In this document: positions 20,651 to 31,046 of the stretch, one piece after another
Position numbering within the stretch: position 1 is the first letter of the stretch
Layout of the letters: each line of letters starts with the position of its first letter
Notes under the pieces: generated by a model
Told to the model about the DNA's origin: nothing
Database searches by the model: none
What the model saw: the letters and a program-made list of their open reading frames with translations, nothing else
Program-made: the position numbers and the translations under genes
NCBI GenBank assembly: GCA_946965045.2
Contig: OX337236.1
Span: 620,001-684,000, forward strand
Source of the DNA: Epithemia pelagica
Lineage: Eukaryota > Protista > Bacillariophyta
DNA: 64,000 nt
Direction: 5' to 3'

Positions 20651-20665
20651 GTGGGTCTGATAAAC
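20651..20665 (-). promoter_or_regulatory. Putative primer-binding site of element A (GTTTATCAGACCCAC)
   Basis: Abuts the 5' LTR; its complement reads like a tRNA anticodon arm (UGGGU CUGAUAA AC). Confidence 0.5.
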
Positions 20666-20824
20666 TGTCTTGTTCCAGTCGATACCTTATCCAACGTGCA
20701 AATTAAAAGATATTATAAGGCTAAACCACTAATGTAAGGATCCCCAAAATAGTAACCATGTAAACGGTAAAACCCCCAAAGATTTCCCATATCCGGGTTT
20801 TGTTCCCACGACCCGAATAAGACA
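20666..20824 (-). repeat. 5' LTR of element A (159 bp)
   Basis: Identical to 14336-14494. Confidence 0.97.
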
Positions 20825-21023
20825 GCATGTGGATCTTTTTCTGTTAGGGTATCTTTGTTCTTGTCGGACCGATCACACATCAAACGTTTATCTTTTTGAA
20901 CCATGCATCTCGTCCAAGTATTGACTGTTACAAGTTGGTGAAGAAGCACACTAACTACCAGCAAGAGCTTGAAATTCATACGGAAAGCAAGAGATTCGAC
21001 TCTGCTGTCAGCACCGTGTCCAC

Positions 21024-22823
21024 ATGGCATTCTTCCGTGGGTCGGCGATCCTCCTCCTGATGGGTATGGGAGGAGCTCGTCTTGTGATCACCTTGGCATT
21101 TCCAAACAATGGTGGTGGTCGAACGAGTCGGGGCTTCTTGTCCAGCCACCAGAGACCATCATTTGCCGGTGCGGCAACGATTCCTTCCTTCTTGCACTCT
21201 CCCGACCACCCCCCAACGACGTTGGCAGCAGCAGCACAACGATTGGAACCACATTCGGAATCGTCTTCTCCCAAGTCCAACAACAACAACAACAACACGA
21301 CCAAAAACGACGACTTGTCTAAATGGGCCCGACGGACCGCTCGAAAACGGCAACAAGTGGGAGCCCTATTGGACGAAATCCTGGAAACCCTTGTCCCAGA
21401 AACTTGGAAGGACGACGACAAGGACGACAAGCAGCCGCTCCTTCCCGGAGGATTGCCGTGGTGGAATGAAATACCCGTCTTGATGAGCGAATCTCCACGT
21501 GGGATGGATCCAAGTGTCGATTGGATTCGTTCGTCCCAACCAAACCATTCCACTAGCAACCAGACCCATCACTCCACACTGTCCAGCCACTCCAAGGACG
21601 ACACTTCCCACAGGCGTCGACACCAACGAGCCTTGCGCAAACAGTACGCCGTCGAGGCCTTTGTGCAGGTGGTACACCAAATCTTGGCGCCGACGGATCC
21701 CTCCTGGCAACCATGCGATGGACCGGACCAACCGTCCAAGTCCATACTACCCAACAACCACCGCAACCACCACCACAACCACAACAAGACAAGAATTGTG
21801 GTGGATGCCTGCTCGGGAGCCGGCAATTTGGCGCTTCCCTTGATCCAACACTGTTGTGTACAGCACCCAGACGGCGAGACTACTAGGGCCGTGGCCTCGC
21901 AAGTGTTGGCCATTGATGTCAATGATCGCGCACTGCAACAATTGCAGCACCGATATCGATATCAACAAAAAGAACAGCCAAACAAAGACCCACCAAACTC
22001 GGACCCCATTCGTCAAACAACACCAAACAAGTCCTTCTCATCATCATCAACAACAACAACAACAACAACTCGGGTACCGGAATTGCAAACGTGGTGTGCC
22101 GATTTGGCGTCTGTCACGTTGCCCGACGAGGCAGCCCTGGTGTGTTCCTTGCACGCCTGTGGGGCCGCCAGTGATTTGGCCCTCTGGTTGGCCACGCGCC
22201 ATGGGTTGCCCTTTGTGATCAGTCCGTGTTGTACCGCCAAAGCCTTGACGGTACGTCCCGACCCAAAGAATTTGGGTTCCACACCAACGACACGGACAAC
22301 TCCAAGCGACACCAACCACAACGACGACAAGGAGACGACAAAGGAGTTGGATATCGCAGCAACACAACGAAAACGACGATGGATGCCACCACCACCACCA
22401 CCACCACTCGACCAGGACTTGATGATGGTGTGGGACACCAAGGCCAGTCGTCAGCGCAGTGCCGCTCCTTCCGAGTTGATTCACTATCCTCGTTCGCGTT
22501 GGTTACGAACGACCTTGGAGCAAGTCATGAATCGAACCACGGACTCGGGTGCAGAGAATCTATTAGGTACGACACAAACGAGCGCCAGGACAGTGGAGGA
22601 CCAATACGCCCTCTTGGCCAAGGTGGCTGATGTTGGTTTGGGTCCGCAAACACCCCAAGAACAACGAATTCATCAACAACAAGCCAAATGGATCATTGAA
22701 TGCGATCGTCTAGTCCATGTTGTGGAAGAGCATGACTATCACGTCCAATTGTGGCGCATTCGCGGTCATGAAGGATATGGCAAAGCCGAACTCTTGGTGG
22801 GTATACCATCCTCGCCGCACTGA
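21024..22823 (+). CDS. Class I SAM-dependent methyltransferase (Methyltransf_32/GSTCD C-terminal-like), 599 aa, possible signal peptide
   Basis: IVVDACSGAGNL (motif I), VLAIDVND, CSLHACGAASDLAL, PFVISPCC. Confidence 0.8.
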   Translation: MAFFRGSAILLLMGMGGARLVITLAFPNNGGGRTSRGFLSSHQRPSFAGAATIPSFLHSPDHPPTTLAAAAQRLEPHSESSSPKSNNNNNNTTKNDDLSKWARRTARKRQQVGALLDEILETLVPETWKDDDKDDKQPLLPGGLPWWNEIPVLMSESPRGMDPSVDWIRSSQPNHSTSNQTHHSTLSSHSKDDTSHRRRHQRALRKQYAVEAFVQVVHQILAPTDPSWQPCDGPDQPSKSILPNNHRNHHHNHNKTRIVVDACSGAGNLALPLIQHCCVQHPDGETTRAVASQVLAIDVNDRALQQLQHRYRYQQKEQPNKDPPNSDPIRQTTPNKSFSSSSTTTTTTTRVPELQTWCADLASVTLPDEAALVCSLHACGAASDLALWLATRHGLPFVISPCCTAKALTVRPDPKNLGSTPTTRTTPSDTNHNDDKETTKELDIAATQRKRRWMPPPPPPPLDQDLMMVWDTKASRQRSAAPSELIHYPRSRWLRTTLEQVMNRTTDSGAENLLGTTQTSARTVEDQYALLAKVADVGLGPQTPQEQRIHQQQAKWIIECDRLVHVVEEHDYHVQLWRIRGHEGYGKAELLVGIPSSPH

Positions 22824-22993
22824 ATGAAGCGAATCAAAGCAATTTGTGACATGGACACTCAAACAAGGCTACCCCGACCAATGCTTGGAAAAGAATATCT
22901 ATTGGATGAGTTTAACTATCATTGTGAAAGGACGCTCCATCCCCAGAGCTACTCCACTGTACTTCTCCATACAAAAAAAGTGTTCAACCTTTT

Positions 22994-24055
22994 TTAAATT
23001 TCAGAAGCGGCAAGAGTGGACTGGCCCACTACGGATGGTTTGTACACAAAGTTGAAGCTGCAGTCATGCACATGGGCAAAGGTGGGGTTGCCACTGGCAC
23101 GGAGTTGGAAACACAACAAGGTTTCAAAGTCGGCATGCCACGTCTGGGCATGCTTGTACGACGGCACCTCTTCTTGGACCGGACCCCCCGTGGCGGCGAC
23201 CCGACCCACCACAATGGTGACGGCATCGGCATGGGCGTTGCAGCAGCATCGTGGATCGTCATCGTCATAGGGGCAGCACAACCCGCAACTGCGTTGCAAC
23301 CAACCCTCATGATCGCCACCCACAGCAATATCGGCCATGGATTCAAAGGACGTCATGGCCAGACCCGACGTGGCAAAAGGCTTGACGGTGAGATTCCGTG
23401 ACAATCTGGTTGACAAGGTCGCGGTCGGAAAGAGACAGTTGGTTGGCCAGACCCAGCAAGGAGAGTTGAGCTTCGGTAATGGCTTGATTGGCATAGGCCG
23501 TTTCGACGGGTCCCTGGCGGTTTAATCCACTGTGTTCCACAAAGGAGAAGGAACAATCCTTGGCACTGGCAAAGTTGGCAAAGCCAGACTTGCGGAGACG
23601 GTCGCACAGATCTTGTTCAAAGGCCTCATGAAGGCTGGCAACGTTGGTGGTCTGATGGGTGGCCCCAAAGCCAAGGGCATCCTTGTAGTATTGGACTTGG
23701 ACTTGCGCATTGATAAAGGCTGCTTCTTCCTTGTCCTGCTTGTTTTCCGTTGTGGTCCACCAAAATGAGTCGGCGGGAATGGTTGAAAATCCCCGAGCGT
23801 CCAAGCTGGCAATCTCTTTTGCCCCGCCGTGTCCAATCCCAAGGCATGGTTGTACGCGGCCACGACTTGCTGGGACACGTACTGGACTTGTTGGGGGCTG
23901 ACCATATCGTGAAGACCACCAATGACAATGCGAGTATTGTACGTTTCCGTGGCGGCACTGTCCAGAAAGCTCCCAATCGCGGAGCGGAGATTAAACTCGG
24001 CTGCGGCCGTGTAAGAAAGGAGAGATGCAAAGGCAAGGATTGAGATCTTATTCAT
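22994..24055 (-). pseudogene. Secreted protein with two internally repeated domains, split by two frameshifts
   Basis: Signal peptide MNKISILAFASLLSYTAAA at 24055. The repeat H..FE..LC..LR.SG...FA...DCSF.FV occurs twice in different frames; shifts lie at homopolymers 23817-23825 and 23375-23378. Confidence 0.7.
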
Positions 24056-24917
24056 GGTTCGTTCGTTTTGCTCTTGTCTTTCAAAAGTTACCCGGTTTGG
24101 ATTTGTGGCTTTTGGAAATTGTGAGCGCAATCCATTTGGAGAAGAGAACTGATTTGGAGAAGAGAAGTGTTGGCTATAGCGGACTCTTTGTCCGAGAGTA
24201 TGGTACTGTTCGAACGTGGATCTACACACTGTTTGGTGGTTCTCCCAACGTGGTGGGACCAGAGTACACCACGATCAAAGACAACCGGGTTGTTCGCAGT
24301 TTGTTGGTCTCATTGGTTGATGAAAACAACAACCAACTGTGAACAACACGGTTGTCGTTACGACGATTCACAGAGTTTCTGTTGGGGGTGGATTGGTATC
24401 GTGGGATAGAAAGCTGACAGATGCAATGCTTGGATTGGAGGATGACTGTGCCTTTCCCCATTTGGTTGGCCGACTACCAATCAACACAATCTCTTTCCCG
24501 TGATACGGGGCAATAAGTCCCTGCTCCTATACTCTACAGAGGTCCTGATTGGTTCCAATATGACGCCGTGACCTCTTCTTTTTGGAAAAAAATGATTAGA
24601 GGATCATCACACAACCCTGGGATGTGTGCAAGACAGTACTTTAGCGCTCTGATGGAGACAGTTCGGTTGCAGTCTCGAGGTAACCTGATTGCTCTCGAGG
24701 GTTTCGATTGTCAATTGATTTACGTTCGAAACTGTGGTTATCAAATTTGATTGGTGGATTACACTTTCCCACGGGACCACACATGGTTTCGATCGCTCTT
24801 ACCTGGACAAATAGAGGAGGTAGCATTTGGGATTACACATTTTATATACACTCCAGCTATCTACCTAGAAGCCGATACGATGCCACCTGTTTGAAACCAT
24901 AACTCTCTAGAAGTACT

Positions 24918-25712
24918 TTATTTCCTTTTATAGTATGGACAATGTTTTCTCCATGTTTTGAGAAACTTTTTCTCTGGTAGCGGTTGGGCGTCATCGCCCG
25001 ATATGAGTTGACGGATGGATACATGCAAGCCAGTGGCAAAGTCCTCCAACCCTGTATATTCCTTGGAGAGGGTGGCACAACCCCCACCTAGATTCAGACC
25101 CTGGTAAGCATCCATGTTCTTACAGTGGCCAGGATCCATACCTTGACAGAATATGATGCGCAGTATGAAATCAGGGTCATTTTGTTGGGGATAAAGTACC
25201 GTATACAGTTGCATGAGGCTTTGATTGGATTTGTGGAAATTGCGCGAGAGGAAAACGAGAACGACATTAGAGTGCCACAGGGAATGTCGAAAGTCCTTGG
25301 AGCAGCCAAGATTCTCTGAAATGGATGGATCAAGTTGATTCACAGGCGAGTCATCGCCCACCACAAAAAATGAGTATCTGTAAAGTTCCCTCAAGGTTCT
25401 CGTCAGCGGCAGGGCCAGATCTTCTCTATTGCCTTTGTCTCCTGACAAAACGAAGCAATCTTCACATTCACGACCTTGTTCTCTGCCATCAACGGCATCT
25501 TCAAGATAGATGAACTTTGACAACAGCCGCTCGTCAGTTGATTTTCTAGCATCCAAAAAGTTTGGACCTGTCAGATCTGGCAAGGTTGACGTTGAACACT
25601 CATTCTTTTCGATCTCATGGTCGTCATCAGTTGCTGAGTCAGATGATGCGACAGTTCCTGCCTCTATCTCCGTATCGTCAAAGAAAGCCGAACCGCTGAT
25701 GTCGTTCCCCAT
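24918..25712 (-). CDS. Standalone TIR-like domain protein, 264 aa, acidic N-terminus, MGNDIS myristoylation-type start
   Basis: TIR-like order CFVLS / REDLALPLTRTL / FFV / FRHSLWHSNVVLVFLSRNFHKS..SL.QL / RIIFC. First ATG at 25712 (25784 is TTG). Confidence 0.6.
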   Translation of the reverse strand: MGNDISGSAFFDDTEIEAGTVASSDSATDDDHEIEKNECSTSTLPDLTGPNFLDARKSTDERLLSKFIYLEDAVDGREQGRECEDCFVLSGDKGNREDLALPLTRTLRELYRYSFFVVGDDSPVNQLDPSISENLGCSKDFRHSLWHSNVVLVFLSRNFHKSNQSLMQLYTVLYPQQNDPDFILRIIFCQGMDPGHCKNMDAYQGLNLGGGCATLSKEYTGLEDFATGLHVSIRQLISGDDAQPLPEKKFLKTWRKHCPYYKRK

Positions 25713-26091
25713 TGGCAACGAGGATATGTGCTCTATTGATGGAATGCAGAGTTCAGAAAATCTTATTTCGCGCTGGGAATTCAAAATATATCTTTCAAAG
25801 ACCTATAATGTCTTATACTACGTAGCGTTTCATAGCATAGTATCTTAGCCGACGCCAGACGCAATAAAAGGAAGGGGCCAAAATCCGCGATCGGGATGAT
25901 TCGGGAGATATCTTGCGGCGTTGGACCCTTCCACCCCTCCAGTCACGTCGCCACGAAGACTATTTTTGGCTTATTCGCTGTTCTTTTTCTGGGTGTACTT
26001 GTACTTTGTATTGAGTCAAAAGAGGTTTTTTCAGAGGGGAGTGAAGAGGAGAGAAAGAGAGAGACTGGAGAACCAGCCTTTATTTTATTAG

Positions 26092-27762
26092 ATGGTAGAG
26101 GGAATCAGGAATGAGCAAAGGGGGGAACAGTTTTCCGACAAGGACGCCTCATCATCATCCTCTCAGCCAATAATAATACCCTCGACGACAACACCACCGT
26201 TGCCAGCAACCAACCAGACGAAGAATAATCCAGAACTTCCAGCCAGTCCGTTTTTGACAACTTCGGATATCATTCGTCATTTGAACAAAGCATTGGCAGA
26301 AACACCAGGACCACCACCTTCACAGTTGCTGCACAATGGCCCTGACAGTTTGAAAGGCGACCATGATTTGGAGGAGGAGGAGGACGACGACAATGATGAT
26401 GATGAAGCAGAAGTGAATTCTGCTCGACTTGACGAGCATCCGAAAAATGACCAATCGGCCTGGTCTCAATCATCTCCTCTTGCAACGTCTCAAGCAGCAC
26501 CTCAATTTGAGTTGCAACGTCGTTTACCGGATGGTTCGACGCGTCGTGTGACCGATTCCGAACAAGAGGCGGCCGATTTGGAGTCCAAATTGCAACAAGT
26601 GGCGGCTCAAATATCGCAATTGCCACCACCACTGCAATGGGAATGGATTCAATCGCAAAAGGCCTATGGCAATCAATTGTTTTCCGCCAAACACTATGCC
26701 CCAGCCATTGATGTCTATTTGACCTGTGTCATGATGACCAAAAATTTGCAAACCGAGACGATCCACAAGGAGAGCGGTGAGCCACAACAGTCGAGTGCCA
26801 ACTTGGACAGCAGTGACACGGAACCTCCATCCGAGTCAAGTGAATCCTTGTATCTGCCTACGGATCCGGTCGAGTACAATGTATTGTTTTTGCAGCTCAT
26901 GAACAACATGGCACAATCTGCCTTGCACTTGTCGTGGTATCACAAGGCGATTCAATTTGCCAATTTGGCCTTGGAAGAACTCCAACCACCAGAATCGTTG
27001 TCAGTGGCAGCGGAATCTGTAGTCCCAGTCGAGCTGTGGTTTCCCTTGGCCAAGCTGTATTTCAAACGAGCCAAGGCACATCGATTGCGTGGACACTATC
27101 GTCAAGCCAAACGGGACTTGGACGTGGCCGAACAGTATCTGGTGCAACAACCAAAACAACAACAACCAACGGCCCAGCAAAACTCGACAGGACAAGAGCA
27201 ACAACAAGAACCAATCGCCACCTCCCGTAGCTCCACGACAGTGGCTCTGCAGGAAATTGCCCGAGAACGACAATTGATTGTTCGACATGAAACCGAAGGA
27301 CGCAACAACCATCGACGACAACGACAAGGAATGCAACACTTACTGGGTGGTGGTGAAATCAAACGGGGCGATGATCGACAAAATCGGAAACAGGCATTTG
27401 TTCCAACCCAAACTCGCACGCAAACCAACCAAGGTTTGAAAACATCAACGACACCATTGTACGACGACCATGGACCAAGCCACGAAACGAGACAGAACCG
27501 CCGTGGCTATTCGTCTCTCAAGGCACCAACTCCAACCAAACGGCAAACCATGTCGCGAGAACACGGAACCAATACAACCGAGACGCAAATGGAGGAGGAG
27601 GACGATTCGTTGCGCCTGTCGTATTGGCAATGGTACATGATGGTGATTGGGAAACTTGCGGAAGAACTGCTGGTGTGGTTGGGGGACGAAGAATTTGTCG
27701 AACGGCGAAGAATCCAGCAACAGCAACAACAGGAATACGCGGACCGATGCAAACAAGCATAG
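26092..27762 (+). CDS. TPR-repeat protein (three co-chaperone-type TPRs), 556 aa
   Basis: KAYGNQLFSAKHYAPAIDVY; NNMAQSALHLSWYHKAIQFANLAL; KLYFKRAKAHRLRGHYRQAKRDL. Confidence 0.8.
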   Translation: MVEGIRNEQRGEQFSDKDASSSSSQPIIIPSTTTPPLPATNQTKNNPELPASPFLTTSDIIRHLNKALAETPGPPPSQLLHNGPDSLKGDHDLEEEEDDDNDDDEAEVNSARLDEHPKNDQSAWSQSSPLATSQAAPQFELQRRLPDGSTRRVTDSEQEAADLESKLQQVAAQISQLPPPLQWEWIQSQKAYGNQLFSAKHYAPAIDVYLTCVMMTKNLQTETIHKESGEPQQSSANLDSSDTEPPSESSESLYLPTDPVEYNVLFLQLMNNMAQSALHLSWYHKAIQFANLALEELQPPESLSVAAESVVPVELWFPLAKLYFKRAKAHRLRGHYRQAKRDLDVAEQYLVQQPKQQQPTAQQNSTGQEQQQEPIATSRSSTTVALQEIARERQLIVRHETEGRNNHRRQRQGMQHLLGGGEIKRGDDRQNRKQAFVPTQTRTQTNQGLKTSTTPLYDDHGPSHETRQNRRGYSSLKAPTPTKRQTMSREHGTNTTETQMEEEDDSLRLSYWQWYMMVIGKLAEELLVWLGDEEFVERRRIQQQQQQEYADRCKQA

Positions 27763-28231
27763 AGTGGTATTTGTCTGGGCGACCGTGGCGCGTCGGCTGT
27801 GGTTCCAAGCGATGCTACTGTGTGTCACACCGTGTCACAACAGAGCCACAACAGATGGGCCACACTGTGCCAGCAATCGCCACCACGACATGCCCAAAAA
27901 GTATACAAAGATGCTATTAGAGAAGAATGAATATAGGTGTTCTCAGTCTATAAACCTGTGCCAGGATACCCTGGCCTTTTACCGCTTCGGTTTATAACGT
28001 ATGGCCACAATCCAGATCGACTCATGTTCTTCTTCTTCTTGTTGGCGAACACCAACGACTGTTTCGCGTTTTCTTCTCGCTCGAAATACGACAACACCAA
28101 GAGATCAAATCATAACACACAAGACAACTCTTGGAGTATCGGGAACCGTGGTGTCGTTCCGGAACTCGACAATACAATCAATCTTCTACTATACTAGACA
28201 CAGCCAAACGACGACAACGACAGCAGAGGAA

Positions 28232-29731
28232 TTACAATTCCTCGTGACCAGCTTGTTGTGCTGGTTGCTGCTGTTTCTGTCGAGCCCGTAATTCTTGATT
28301 GGACACACGAGAGGGAGGCACATAGGTTCCATTGAGGGCTTGTTGGATATGAATCTTGTCCATTTCATCGGAACATAGTCCACACGTTAAGGAACAGACT
28401 TCGGCCATGAATCGTGGATTTTCCGTACATTGATTGTCATTGTCCCAAAAGGCACAATGTCCGGACAAATCAAAGCAGGTTCGTAGCGGAATGGCCATGA
28501 TTTGGGGCGACGTGGCATTCAAGACTTTGAATTGCAACAAGGCACTGTTTTCCGTCATTTTGTACCGTCCCGGAGAATCCTTGCGGGCATCGACGCGCTT
28601 GTCGCGAACGTACCATTCATGTGTCAAGCGTGTATAATGCCCCTTGATTTCGCCGGGATCCACATGCGAAAATTTCAAATGAGCCTTGGTGCGATCAATC
28701 CAATAAATTTCGACCGGATAATTGTGATAATTGACAAATTGCAGTTCGACTTGCACTCCGGACCAGACCCAATTTTGCAACTTGTCTCGTGAATTGGTTG
28801 TGATCGAGGCCCACTGGTCGTCAATCGATTGACCCTTTTTGCCCAAGAGAAAAATGGGTTGTGTCAAGGATTGACCCTTGGGCAACTTTAATTTTTGCGT
28901 CAGTTCATTTTGATTGTGGTAACGAATCATGACAGTTTGTAAAATATCTTCCCACCAAATGGATTGAGGAGACATGCCGGCAAAGGGAAAGGGAAAGACC
29001 ATTTCGTCCATGACATGTTCTTCCAAACGCGGATTGACGGCGGCAATCAAGACGTGGCGTTCCAAAACATCATTTTCCATTAACACGGTTTGAAATTGTT
29101 CCCAACTGACAATGTGCATTAACCGAGATTGCGCTCGTTTGACTTCGGGTTTTTCCTTGAGTTTTGGCTTGGGTCGTTCGTAAAACTGACGACCACCATT
29201 GTTAAAGAAATGAAAGTGAAAGCCACCCCCCTGACTTGTCCACTGTTGTTGTTGTTGATGATGATGTCGATGATGACCACTATTGTTATTGTTGGTATTG
29301 GGCACTCTTCCACTTCGATCGTATTGGCGACGAGAATTGGGATCACTCAAGACTTCAAAGGCCTGGACCACTTGTTGAAAGGCTTGAGCCGCTTCTTCTG
29401 CCGGAATATCAGGATTCTTGTCGGGATGGGTATCCAAGGCCTTTTTCCGGTAGGCACGTTTGATTTCCTGTTTCGATGCTTGACGAGGGACACCCAAAAT
29501 TTGATACAAATCCGACGAGGATTGTGCCGACACCAAGATTCTGAGAGTGACCGTGTCACGAAAGAGAAAAGACCCCGAAAGAGACTCGTCCACAAGTGAC
29601 CAACACAACCAACAATAGCCGATCCGGCGGATCAGCAACCCAAGAACGGATGCCGACATGACAAGAACAACCCGAAGATTCAAGGGATGACTACCGTGTT
29701 GGTTTGAATACATTCTCTTCATGGCCCTCAT
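28232..29731 (-). CDS. ER-lumenal DnaJ protein: J domain, VHL-beta-like domain, ShK domain, HEEL
   Basis: DLYQILGV..KKALDTHPDKN (HPD); LQFVNYHNYPVEIYWID; CFDLSGHCAFW...C..NPRFMAEVCSLTCGLC; C-terminal HEEL. Start Met uncertain. Confidence 0.85.
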   Translation of the reverse strand: MRAMKRMYSNQHGSHPLNLRVVLVMSASVLGLLIRRIGYCWLCWSLVDESLSGSFLFRDTVTLRILVSAQSSSDLYQILGVPRQASKQEIKRAYRKKALDTHPDKNPDIPAEEAAQAFQQVVQAFEVLSDPNSRRQYDRSGRVPNTNNNNSGHHRHHHQQQQQWTSQGGGFHFHFFNNGGRQFYERPKPKLKEKPEVKRAQSRLMHIVSWEQFQTVLMENDVLERHVLIAAVNPRLEEHVMDEMVFPFPFAGMSPQSIWWEDILQTVMIRYHNQNELTQKLKLPKGQSLTQPIFLLGKKGQSIDDQWASITTNSRDKLQNWVWSGVQVELQFVNYHNYPVEIYWIDRTKAHLKFSHVDPGEIKGHYTRLTHEWYVRDKRVDARKDSPGRYKMTENSALLQFKVLNATSPQIMAIPLRTCFDLSGHCAFWDNDNQCTENPRFMAEVCSLTCGLCSDEMDKIHIQQALNGTYVPPSRVSNQELRARQKQQQPAQQAGHEEL

Positions 29732-30074
29732 GTTCTCTCTCTCGCTCGCTCTGCGTAGGCGATGCCGAAAAAATGACCCCAGAATTGCCAGCCGTTATGG
29801 GGGTCATTCATGTGGAGAGACTCAAAAGCGACTTGTCTGGGGACGAACGAAGTTACGGGACTGAAAGTGAGACCCGAAAGACAGGAAGTTCATGGAATCC
29901 AGACGAAAGCGTTGGATCGAAGACGATGTAAATCGAAGTTGAATCCCACCACGTGGCATAACTTTCAGACCCGCACCCCGCTGTGTTGTTGTCTCACAAT
30001 TTTACAATCTCACAAAAAACAAACACAGTCTATCACCAACGTTCCAGAACCAATCCCATTCTTGCAACAACAAC

Positions 30075-30662
30075 ATGTTTCTCATTCATTCGTACCATCA
30101 CACTCCTGTTACCAGTCTCTTTGATGATTTGTTGGCCTTTGACTCCTGCAATGGACCAAGACTTTGCTTGAAACGAACCGCGGAGACCGAACCGCAAGAC
30201 GATGATGACAAGGCAAGCCACAGCAGTGAAAATCACGTTCGACTCTCGGTGGATGTTCCGGGTGTCAAACTTGCTGATTTGCAAGTCTCGGTCAAGGACG
30301 ATGAGGGGTCCATTCACATTGTTGGACATCGAACCGTCCTGGGCGCCGAGGGCAAAGTTGTCAAGCGATCCAAAATTGAAAAGCGTCTTTTCCTCAATCC
30401 TCAAACCACCGACGTGTCCCTACTCAAGGCCCATTTAGTGGATGGCGTCTTGACTCTGGAAGCACCCAAGAAGCCCAAGGTGGAAGCGCGCACCATTCCA
30501 ATTCTGGTTTCCAGTGAAGCACCAGTGGCAGCACCACAGCTCAAGGCGGCGACAAAGGCAACCGTTGAAACCGTGCAACAAGACACGAGCGCTGCGAATC
30601 CTCCAAAGGACAAAAAGAGCAACACTACCAAGAAGAATGAGGTAGAGCCGGAATCAAAGTAG
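30075..30662 (+). CDS. HSP20: Small heat-shock protein (alpha-crystallin domain), 195 aa
   Basis: VRLSVDVPGVKLADLQVSV...KAHLVDGVLTLEAPK; divergent from the DnaJ gene. Confidence 0.9.
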   Translation: MFLIHSYHHTPVTSLFDDLLAFDSCNGPRLCLKRTAETEPQDDDDKASHSSENHVRLSVDVPGVKLADLQVSVKDDEGSIHIVGHRTVLGAEGKVVKRSKIEKRLFLNPQTTDVSLLKAHLVDGVLTLEAPKKPKVEARTIPILVSSEAPVAAPQLKAATKATVETVQQDTSAANPPKDKKSNTTKKNEVEPESK

Positions 30663-31046
30663 CCGGTGTAACAAAGCTAAGCTGATTAGTGAATTTAAAG
30701 TCGGGCTTGAACTGTTTGAAAATGTGCTTCGGCATTCTCCTACATTCAAAATCTAGTGAGAACTTATAACTACAAACACCCGTCTCTGTAGAAATCATGA
30801 TAGAATTGGTGCACCCATTGCAACCATTCGACAAGTGTGATGCAAGAAAACAAACGGGGAACCATATTCATCGTTCACTCGCTTCACAGTCATTGGTCCC
30901 TCCTTTGGAACACAGCGTGGGTGGTTGAAAACGCCTTGAGCGGTCCGCAGTGTCCAACGATCATGACATTGCAAGAATCCATGATAAAATCAAATTTCTG
31001 TTTGTAAACAGCTTGTCCACGCTCTTTTTTTCTTCTTTTCTCTCTC

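Larger units (their letters stand above)
14336..20824 (-). mobile_element. Complete Ty1/copia LTR retrotransposon, element A (CoDiI/Blackbeard-like), 6489 bp
   Basis: Two identical 159-bp LTRs (TGTCTT...AAGACA), GCAT duplicated on both flanks, gag plus pol in PR-IN-RT-RH order. Confidence 0.97.

Noticed and set aside
29880-30060. Heat-shock elements upstream of HSP20
   Set aside because: Only two-unit or mis-spaced GAA/TTC matches, which are expected by chance.
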